The notes beneath the pieces are model-generated. The model was not told where the DNA came from and did not search any database. It was given only the letters and a program-made list of their open reading frames with translations. The position numbers and the translations under genes are program-made. This document shows positions 1-6,882 of a stretch of 64,000 nucleotides of DNA, piece after piece. This stretch comes from Ignavibacteria bacterium (GTDB lineage Bacteria; Bacteroidota; Ignavibacteria; Tepidaquicellales; OLB5), in the NCBI GenBank assembly GCA_041859235.1, contig JBHEKV010000060.1, positions 4,884 to 68,883 on the forward strand, read 5' to 3'. The stretch's first letter is position 1, and the number at the start of each line of letters is the position of its first letter.

Positions 1-314
1 GAGTTCGCATTTGGATGGTAATAGGCGTTATGGGTAAATCTCGCCGGCGGATTTGGACCGCCCGAAGGTAAGATCTGTACCCATGCGTTGTTAAGCAGGT
101 TCAGGCTCCATATCACGTCTGTTGGCTCTCCTGCGGCATTCCTTCCGCCGTAAACTATCATACGGTTACCTACAGGATCGTATACAGCAGACGCGTTTTT
201 CAAATGCGGAACATTTCCTGAAGTGTTGATTTTTGACCATTGCGAAAATAAGAGTGCATTACCTAAAGCAATGTAAAATAACACTATAAATATGACCTGT
301 TTTACTGTGCCCAT
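1..314 (-). CDS. Kelch-repeat secreted protein, N-terminal part (gene runs off the window start)
   Basis: Absent from the ORF track because it is truncated by the window edge. The reverse complement from the ATG at 314 reads MGTVKQVIFIVLFYIALGNALLFSQWSKINTSGNVPHLKNASAVYDPVGNRMIVYGGRNAAGEPTDVIWSLNLLNNAWVQILPSGGPNPPARFTH.. This is a signal peptide followed by Kelch-type strands (YDP..N.MIVYGG...D.W.L). Confidence 0.6.
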   Translation of the reverse strand, partial: MGTVKQVIFIVLFYIALGNALLFSQWSKINTSGNVPHLKNASAVYDPVGNRMIVYGGRNAAGEPTDVIWSLNLLNNAWVQILPSGGPNPPARFTHNAYYHPNAN

Positions 315-395
315 TATTATAAATCAATATAAATATCGCAATTAAAGTTTCTTATTGAAATATATAAGGATATACGCAATTACCTGATCTTGAGA

Positions 396-428
396 ATAAA
401 AAAAAGGACACTTATTTTAAGTGTCCTT
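396..428 (-). terminator. Rho-independent terminator of the pnt operon
   Basis: Perfect 10-bp stem AAGGACACTT (404-413) / AAGTGTCCTT (419-428) with a 5-nt loop. On the minus strand it is followed by a T-run (the A-run at 398-405 on plus). It lies 47 bp downstream of the pntB stop. Confidence 0.75.
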
Positions 429-474
429 TCTCTAATATATTCAATTAACTATAGTGTAACCAGAAATCTAAGTT

Positions 475-1857
475 TTATAAAGCCTTTACTTCTGAAACTA
501 ATTTCTGTAATGATGCCTTAGCGTCGCCAAATAACATACGGTTGTTCGGATAGTAGAACAGTTCATTATCAATACCTGCGTATCCCGCTGCCATCGAGCG
601 TTTCATGATTATCACATTAGCTGATTTATCAACATCAAGTATCGGCATTCCGTATATCGGGCTGGACTGGTCATGCCTTGCGGCAGGATTTACAACATCG
701 TTTGCACCGATAATTATGCTAACATCCGTATTCGGCATTTCACTGTTTGCGTCTTCCATCTCAAGAAGCTTGTCATATGGAACGTCAGCTTCTGCAAGAA
801 GCACGTTCATATGACCCGGCATTCTGCCTGCAACGGGGTGAATTGCGTATTTAACTTCAACGCCTTTTTCTTCAAGAAGTTTTTCAAGTTCATGGCAGGT
901 ATGCTGAGCCTGTGCAACAGCAAGTCCGTAACCCGGAACTATGAATACTTTCTTTGAATAAGCAAGCAATACCGCAGCATCGGGAGCTGAAATTTCTTTA
1001 ACAGTGCCCTGCTGTTTATCACCGCTTCCGCCTGCTCCGCCCGCAGTGCCAAAAGCGCCCGCAATAACGTTGAAGAGCGAACGGTTCATTGCTTTACACA
1101 TAAGGATGGTCAATATTGTACCGGCTGAACCAACCAGAATACCGCCGGTTAACATTACCTGGTTATTATAAACAAAACCTGCAAATGCCGCTGCAACACC
1201 CGTAAATGAGTTAAGCAGTGATATCACAACAGGCATATCCGCTCCGCCGATAGGCATTACGAACATTACGCCGTATAATACTGCAACTCCCAGTGTAACA
1301 AGTAATAATGTGTTATCAGCAGTATGCTGTGTTGAAAGATACGCTGCGAGTCCGACTGCTGCAAGCAATATTACCAGGTTGATGAACTTTTGTCCCGGGA
1401 AAACCTTATCGCCAATGTTTCCGTTCAGTTTTCCGAATGCTATCATACTGCCGGTAAATGAAACCGTACCGATGATAAGTCCTGCCATGATAATAGCTAT
1501 AAGCGCGGCGCCGCCGTGGCTGAAATCATGTTTGGTATACTCAACAATGGAAATAACCGCTGCGCAAGCGCCGCCCATTCCGTTGAACAGTGATACCATC
1601 TGCGGCATAGCAGTCATTTTCACTTTTTTTGCGGCTATCCAGCCTACAATAGTACCAATTATGATTCCGCCGAAGATCCATAAATAATTATTAATGCCTT
1701 TTTCCAGAAAAATAGCCCCCAGAATAGCAATTGTCATACCTGCGGCAGCTATCAGGTTTCCCTTTCTAGCGCTGTCAGGATGGCTCAGCATTTTTAATCC
1801 CAATATGAAGGTAACCGAGCCTATTAAGTATATTATATCAACTATATATTTTTCCAT
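475..1857 (-). CDS. pntB: NAD(P) transhydrogenase subunit beta
   Basis: Polytopic N-terminal part plus a C-terminal NADP(H) domain with GYGLAVAQAQH and AIHPVAGRMPGHMNVLLAEA. I start it at the internal ATG (MEKYIVD, 1857), which sits right after the pntAB stop (AAATGACATGG). The longer ORF start at 1887 would overlap pntAB. Confidence 0.92.
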   Translation of the reverse strand: MEKYIVDIIYLIGSVTFILGLKMLSHPDSARKGNLIAAAGMTIAILGAIFLEKGINNYLWIFGGIIIGTIVGWIAAKKVKMTAMPQMVSLFNGMGGACAAVISIVEYTKHDFSHGGAALIAIIMAGLIIGTVSFTGSMIAFGKLNGNIGDKVFPGQKFINLVILLAAVGLAAYLSTQHTADNTLLLVTLGVAVLYGVMFVMPIGGADMPVVISLLNSFTGVAAAFAGFVYNNQVMLTGGILVGSAGTILTILMCKAMNRSLFNVIAGAFGTAGGAGGSGDKQQGTVKEISAPDAAVLLAYSKKVFIVPGYGLAVAQAQHTCHELEKLLEEKGVEVKYAIHPVAGRMPGHMNVLLAEADVPYDKLLEMEDANSEMPNTDVSIIIGANDVVNPAARHDQSSPIYGMPILDVDKSANVIIMKRSMAAGYAGIDNELFYYPNNRMLFGDAKASLQKLVSEVKAL

Positions 1858-1858
1858 G

Positions 1859-2170
1859 TCATTTCTTCTTCTTCTTAAACATTTCAAGCATGCGGTCTGT
1901 TACCACAAATCCGCCTACTACATTTAATGTACCTAATATTACTGAAAAGAATCCGAGGATTATCGCGAGATAATTATCAGGTTCTGCCCTACCCATTACC
2001 AGGATAGCGCCCACTATAACAACTCCGTGTATTGCGTTTGCGCCTGACATAAGCGGAGTATGCAGAACTGAGGGAACGTGTGAAATAACCTCGATCCCAA
2101 GAAAAACCATGAGGATAAGCAGGTAAATAAACCTGATATTCTCACTAATGAAAGCTAATACCTGTTCCAT
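1859..2170 (-). CDS. pntAB: NAD(P) transhydrogenase alpha subunit, membrane part (alpha-2)
   Basis: 103-aa, 3-TM protein (..SGANAIHGVVIVGAILVMG..) located between the dI and beta genes. This is the classic split-alpha arrangement. Confidence 0.88.
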   Translation of the reverse strand: MEQVLAFISENIRFIYLLILMVFLGIEVISHVPSVLHTPLMSGANAIHGVVIVGAILVMGRAEPDNYLAIILGFFSVILGTLNVVGGFVVTDRMLEMFKKKKK

Positions 2171-3363
2171 TATTTAACCACCTCTTTTAATTTCTCGTTT
2201 ACTATTTCACCGTTATGTGTAATGCATGTCCCTTTTACAAGATCATCTTCAAAGTTCAGGTTTATCTGTCCATCCTTTAAAATGAGCTTTAAGAAAGTAA
2301 GTACGTTCTTGCCGAACATTTTGCTTGCGTCAAACGGGATAGTTGATGGTAAAAATGATGAACCTATTATTTTTACTCCGTCAGCATCAACTGTCTCTTC
2401 GTTCTTCGAAAGTTCACAGTTTCCGCCTGTTGAAGCCGCAAGATCAACAATTACCGCGCCTTTTTTCATGGCAGCGACTGTTTCTTTTGTGATAAGCACA
2501 GGGGCTTTTCTGCCCGGTATCTGTGCGGTTGTAATTATCACATCAGATTTTACCGCATGATCATGAATGACCTGTCTTTGTTTTGCCTTAAATTCTTCAG
2601 TCTGCTCAACAGCGTAACCGCCGGCAGCCTTATCATCTTTTGCGCCTTCAACTTCAACAAATTTGGCGCCAAGTGAATTTACTTCTTCCTTAACCGCACT
2701 GCGTGTATCAAAAGCTTCCACTACTGCGCCAAGTTTCCTTGATGTTGCGATCGCCTGCAGACCTGCAACTCCTGCACCAAGTATAAGTACCTTGGCGGGA
2801 GTAATACTTCCTGCTGCTGTCATGAACATGGGGAAGAATTTTGGCAGGTTTGAGGCTGCAACCAATACAGCTTTGTAACCTGCTACTGTTGCCTGCGAGG
2901 ATAAAATATCCATTGACTGGGCGCGTGTTGTTCTTGGAATGGTTTCAAGGCTGAAGCCTGATACCTTTTGATCCAAAAGCAGCTTTACTGTTTCGGGGTT
3001 AAAGAACGGCTGGAATATGGCAAATGCCACTGAGCCTGTTTTCAGTTTTGTGATCTCATCTTTTGTAAGAGAATTTATTCTGAGGATGATATCCGATGAA
3101 GAAAGCACCTTGGCTTTATCGCCTATTTCAGCGCCCTGAGCTTTGTAGTCTTCATCACTTGCGAAAGCTTTGCTGCCTGCACCGCTCTCAACAAGGACCT
3201 GAAAATTCATCTTTACCAACTGCGCTGCTATTTCCGGAAGCGCTACTACTCTGTTTTCGCCTTCCGGCTCTTTGAGAATTCCTATTATAGCCACTATTGT
3301 TGTTATCCGATTATTTTCAAAAAAATTATCTAACAAAATTAGCAAAACTGCCCTATAAAACAA
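2170..3363 (-). CDS. pntAA: NAD(P) transhydrogenase alpha subunit, soluble dI part (AlaDH/PNT family)
   Basis: AlaDH/PNT fold with the Rossmann motif VLILGAGVAGLQAIATSRKLGAVV. It overlaps the pntAB start by 1 nt. The first ~23 codons (MFYRAVLLILLDNFF..) look non-native. An in-frame GTG at 3294 (VAIIGILKEPEG) is a more plausible start. Confidence 0.9.
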   Translation of the reverse strand: MFYRAVLLILLDNFFENNRITTIVAIIGILKEPEGENRVVALPEIAAQLVKMNFQVLVESGAGSKAFASDEDYKAQGAEIGDKAKVLSSSDIILRINSLTKDEITKLKTGSVAFAIFQPFFNPETVKLLLDQKVSGFSLETIPRTTRAQSMDILSSQATVAGYKAVLVAASNLPKFFPMFMTAAGSITPAKVLILGAGVAGLQAIATSRKLGAVVEAFDTRSAVKEEVNSLGAKFVEVEGAKDDKAAGGYAVEQTEEFKAKQRQVIHDHAVKSDVIITTAQIPGRKAPVLITKETVAAMKKGAVIVDLAASTGGNCELSKNEETVDADGVKIIGSSFLPSTIPFDASKMFGKNVLTFLKLILKDGQINLNFEDDLVKGTCITHNGEIVNEKLKEVVK

Positions 3364-3525
3364 ATGATATAAGTCATATTTTTTAGTGGTTTAATAGCCC
3401 TATTCCCCAAAAACTTGGTTTAAGTAACTTAAACCTAAAATTTTGGCTTACTGATTAAAGAATGAAAGGATTTTTACCTGAATTATTTCACATATTTTTA
3501 TGTGTTTACAATTGGCCTTTATTGG

Positions 3526-3612
3526 TTGTTGGTGAGAACACCAACAATGGGTGTAAATTGGCATTTAGCTCCCCTCCTTTCCTAAGGAGGGGAAATCCCG
3601 CTTTAGCGGGAT
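3526..3612. repeat. Three adjacent perfect stem-loops (non-coding)
   Basis: TTGTTGGTG-AGAA-CACCAACAA (3526-3547), CCCCTCCTT-TCCT-AAGGAGGGG (3571-3592) and ATCCCGC-TTTA-GCGGGAT (3595-3612). All were read directly from the sequence. Confidence 0.8.
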
Positions 3613-3770
3613 GGGGTGGTTTCAACACACTGACCGACAAAACAGGCAACAAATCGGTGCTACGGAGCTCTGTTTATATTTTTTCTATTTCTTTAATTTT
3701 TAAATCAAAATCAAAACAATAAAGACAGCCACAAAGACTCAAAGACTCTAAGAAGAGAGCCTTTATATAA

Positions 3771-3999
3771 GCCACGCTAGCCCCTTCGGGGAAGTGGCGC
3801 AATATATCAGCAATGGGTAAAGCCCATCGAAAAAAAAGCACGTAGCAAAAGCCGCGAAGGGGGCGTAATACATCAGCGATGGGTGAAGCCCATCGATTTG
3901 AATACGCATTTAGCATAAGCCCCAACGGGGCGAAATATTTTAGCGATGGGCAAAGCCCATCGAAAACCCGGATAAAACATGATCAAGCCCTGAAAGGGC
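3771..3999. repeat. Tandem array (about 3.5 units, period roughly 66-72 bp) of a double-hairpin unit
   Basis: Hairpin B is conserved: C(A/G)ATGGG-YRAAG-CCCATCG at 3811-3829, 3877-3895 and 3944-3962. Hairpin A is variable in sequence but always pairs: 3781-3791 nested in GCCAC/GTGGC, 3851-3865, 3919-3931 and 3987-3999. The linker G.AATA..T.AGC is conserved. Confidence 0.85.
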
Positions 4000-4363
4000 G
4001 CAATAAAAATACCAGGCAATTATCTACTTGCATTTTACATCGGCATATATTATATTGCCTGTATATGCATATTGCATATACTAAACTTATCCCTTTTATT
4101 ATAAAATACCAAAATATACAAAACTCTTTCCGTTGGCGCAGCAGGGCTTGACTTCCGGTTACACGAATTATTGGAAAGTTCGATAATCGCACGGAATCGG
4201 GAAATTCCAATCTTCCAGCCTTTCAGTGTTTATACCCCCAACGGCTGGAATAACGGTAAAAACAGAGCGCATTGGGCATTCCAGTCGGTCAACCGTACAT
4301 TTTTTTATTTCGAATTATTGGAAATTCTAATCGTTCATCATAAACCATTAGGAAATTTATAAC

Positions 4364-4668
4364 ATGTCACTCCTACGGAGCTCCGTTATTATCAATACAA
4401 TTTACTACAAACATTTCACCCCTACGGGGTGAAGTTTTCATTGAAACAATTTCTGTACTAACATTTCAACCTAACCAAAAGGAGCTCTCTAAACAAGTCC
4501 TAAAGACCTATGGGGCGGGGTTCATTATCGAACAAAAAGAAAATGATATCATCATTGAGAAGTAGATAGTTTAAAAACGTGAATATTTTCAGTTTATTTA
4601 GCTCCGTTAGGAGCGGTATGTTTGTAGATTGAGGTACCCCCGGTTATATAGCTCCGTAGGAGCGACAT
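4364..4668. repeat. Dispersed 'ATGTC + short GC hairpin' mini-repeats in both orientations
   Basis: ATGTCA-CTCC-TAC-GGAG (4364-4380), TTCACCCC-TAC-GGGGTGAA (4415-4433), GCTCC-GTTA-GGAGC (4601-4614) and GCTCC-GTA-GGAGC-GACAT (4651-4668). The last is the inverse orientation of the first. Confidence 0.8.
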
Positions 4669-4697
4669 GTTGGTCATTCTATTTCTGTTTTGCATAT

Positions 4698-4917
4698 TTT
4701 CCCAACATGATAATTCATCATGAGAATTTTCACGGTTTATAAAGTGCTGGAATTTCAATCCATTCTCACTATGATTATCATGGAGAAACGGTTTCCCAAC
4801 ATGAATAAATTCATAATGGGAAAAAATAACTGTTAAAATTGAGCCGTAATCAAAACAAAAACTTACAAATACCACAAATAAAAAAATCGTTTTCATCGTG
4901 GGAATCATAATGAGAAT
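4698..4917. promoter_or_regulatory. Cluster of AT-rich dyad-symmetric motifs upstream of the symporter gene (function unknown)
   Basis: ATGAT-AATTC-ATCAT (4707-4721), a perfect palindrome ATGATTATCAT (4771-4781), ATGAAT-AA-ATTCAT (4801-4814) and TCATAATGA (4905-4913). There is also a 13-nt direct repeat TTTCCCAACATGA at 4698 and 4792. Confidence 0.3.
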
Positions 4918-5034
4918 AAAAAGGCTTACAATTAATCAAAATTTCACGGCTTCAAAAGGAATTAATAAAATTAACGATTATTAATAACTTTATTCCTAAA
5001 TTGCAGGATTCAGTTAGTTTAAAAGGAGAATTTC

Positions 5035-6540
5035 TTGCCAAAATTACAGCTTCATACTAAAATAGTCATAGGCCTCATACTCGGTGCCATATTCGGCGCA
5101 ATATTTGCCATCAACACAAATCTATTGGAGTTGAATTTCAAGGATCACTCCGAACAGGTCGAAAACTGGCAGGAATTTAACTTCCTGAAAAAGGACTCAG
5201 TAACAAAAATATTTTATGGCGGAGACCAGCTTTCAATTATTAAATACTACAAGAGCCTTAAAGATAAAAAAGACGTAAAACTTAAAATTAAACTTTCCGA
5301 TGGTTCTGAAAAAGTTTATGATAACGTTACCGCTATTGAAAAAGTCCGCACAATAGGTGTGTGGCTTAAGCCCGTTGGCGATATATTCGTTAGGCTGCTT
5401 AATATGATAGCCGTCCCGCTAGTGCTTGCTTCGCTGATAGTGGGTGCCGCATCACTCACTGATCTTAAGCACGTAGCAAAAATTGGCGGTAAAACGCTGG
5501 GATTCTATGCGCTCACCGCAGTTATGGCTATAACTATAGGGTTACTTTGCGTTAATTTCATTCAGCCCGGCCATATTATGGACCAAAGCTCCAAAGACCG
5601 CTTGCTGGATACTTACCAGGATGACGCGAAAAGTAAAATAGAACAGAATGTTTCAATGAATATTGTAGATTTCCTTGTGAACATTGTTCCTAAAAATCCC
5701 TTTAAGGCAATTGCCGATGGCGATTTTCTGCAGATAGTTTTCTTCGCTATTCTTACCGGAATATTCTTAATGCAAATCCCAAAATCAAAATCTGAGCACG
5801 TGATCAATTTTTTCAGCGGGTTAAGTGACGCGATGATTGTGCTGGTGGAAAAAATAATGATAATAGCTCCCTACGCAGTGTTTACTTTGATAGCGGCAAC
5901 TGTTGCTGAGTTTGGTTTTTCAATTCTTAAAACACTTATGTGGTATTCACTTACCGTTGTATTGGGATTGCTGATTTTAACGTTTATTGAATATCCGCTG
6001 TTGCTTAGGTTATTCACAAAAGTGAAGTTGAAAGATTTCCTGCGGGCACAGCGGCAGGTTATTGCAGTCGCTTTTTCAACCAGCTCTTCTGCGGCAACTT
6101 TACCTGTTACAATGGATGTCTGCGAAAAACGCCTTGGGGTGCCAAATAAAATAGCGAGCTTCGTTCTGCCTTTAGGTACAACAGTAAACATGGATGGGAC
6201 AGCGCTTTACCAGGCAGTTGCAGCGGTATTTATTGCGCAGGTATTCGGGTTTGAGCTTAGTTTAACACAGCAGTTAACCATTGTTCTGACTGCCTCACTC
6301 GCAGCGATAGGTACTGCGCCCGTACCGGGGGTGGGTTTGCTCATGCTGATAATTGTACTCAAATCCATTGGCGTCCCTGAAGAAGGTATCGCGCTGATCA
6401 TTGGTGTTGACCGTTTCCTTGATATGTGCCGCACAGTGCCTAATGTTATCGCTGATTCGCTCGCATGCGTTGTAATTGCTTCCAGCGAGGGCGAGCTTGG
6501 CGAGATAAATCCCGATGCGGAGTATGAAGGGGCCATGTGA
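5035..6540 (+). CDS. Dicarboxylate/amino acid:cation symporter (DAACS/SDF family, GltP-like)
   Basis: Family motifs SSSAATLP and NMDGTALYQ, plus a polytopic profile. TTG start at 5035, 7 nt after AAAGGAGAA. Carries an unusually long insert between TM1 and the LKPVGDIF helix. Confidence 0.88.
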   Translation: MPKLQLHTKIVIGLILGAIFGAIFAINTNLLELNFKDHSEQVENWQEFNFLKKDSVTKIFYGGDQLSIIKYYKSLKDKKDVKLKIKLSDGSEKVYDNVTAIEKVRTIGVWLKPVGDIFVRLLNMIAVPLVLASLIVGAASLTDLKHVAKIGGKTLGFYALTAVMAITIGLLCVNFIQPGHIMDQSSKDRLLDTYQDDAKSKIEQNVSMNIVDFLVNIVPKNPFKAIADGDFLQIVFFAILTGIFLMQIPKSKSEHVINFFSGLSDAMIVLVEKIMIIAPYAVFTLIAATVAEFGFSILKTLMWYSLTVVLGLLILTFIEYPLLLRLFTKVKLKDFLRAQRQVIAVAFSTSSSAATLPVTMDVCEKRLGVPNKIASFVLPLGTTVNMDGTALYQAVAAVFIAQVFGFELSLTQQLTIVLTASLAAIGTAPVPGVGLLMLIIVLKSIGVPEEGIALIIGVDRFLDMCRTVPNVIADSLACVVIASSEGELGEINPDAEYEGAM

Positions 6541-6621
6541 GAAGCAAAATGTCAAATGTCAAAATCCAAATGCCAAAAAAGATAGTATTACTGACATTCA
6601 CAAATCCTGCTTCATAAAAAG

Positions 6622-6696
6622 AAACCCCGAAGGGGTGACACTATTATAAAACAATTCAACATGCGGATTTTGGAACCCCGAAGGGGTGATATTGTG
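6622..6696. repeat. Two copies of an (A/G)AACCCC-GAA-GGGGTGA hairpin repeat, 51 bp apart
   Basis: AAACCCCGAAGGGGTGACACTAT (6622-) and GAACCCCGAAGGGGTGATATTGT (6673-). Located 3' of the symporter gene. No T-run follows, so these are not classical terminators. Confidence 0.8.
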
Positions 6697-6882
6697 AACA
6701 AGAGTAAAGCCTTCAACACAGAGGCACAAAATCACAGAGAACATTGAATCAATAAATAATTAATATAGTTTTACGAACTCTTTGGAATCGGTTTGGTTTA
6801 ACCCGGGGAGTGAGGAGAAATAAGAAGCGGCTTTTTCAAAGAAATTCAAACGGTAGATCGAAATTTATCAAGTTTAAATTTA

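Noticed and set aside
1858-1887. Ten-codon N-terminal extension of pntB (MKCLRRRRND) given by the longest ORF.
   Set aside because: It would overlap the end of pntAB. The ATG at 1857 follows the pntAB stop directly and gives the usual PntB N-terminus.
3771-3999. Possible CRISPR-like array (conserved ~45-bp segment alternating with ~20-25-bp variable segments).
   Set aside because: The variable segments are themselves short perfect hairpins rather than spacers. There are only about 3.5 units with a degenerate period and no cas genes. A structured tandem repeat fits better.
3462-4908. Six ORFs of 63-104 aa in the gene-free region (3462-3722, 3674-3925, 3879-4151, 3983-4210, 4171-4362, 4594-4908).
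   Set aside because: They overlap one another on both strands. Their sequences are dominated by translated hairpin repeats (RWASPIADV.., SSPPFLRRGNPALAGW.., LLRSY..YKHTAPNGAK). None has an RBS or a recognisable domain. The signal-peptide-like start of 4594-4908 is followed by repeat-derived sequence.
4698-4917. Calling the dyad cluster a set of Fur boxes.
   Set aside because: The best instances match the 19-bp Fur consensus at only about 10-11 positions by eye. I kept the cluster as an unassigned dyad motif instead.
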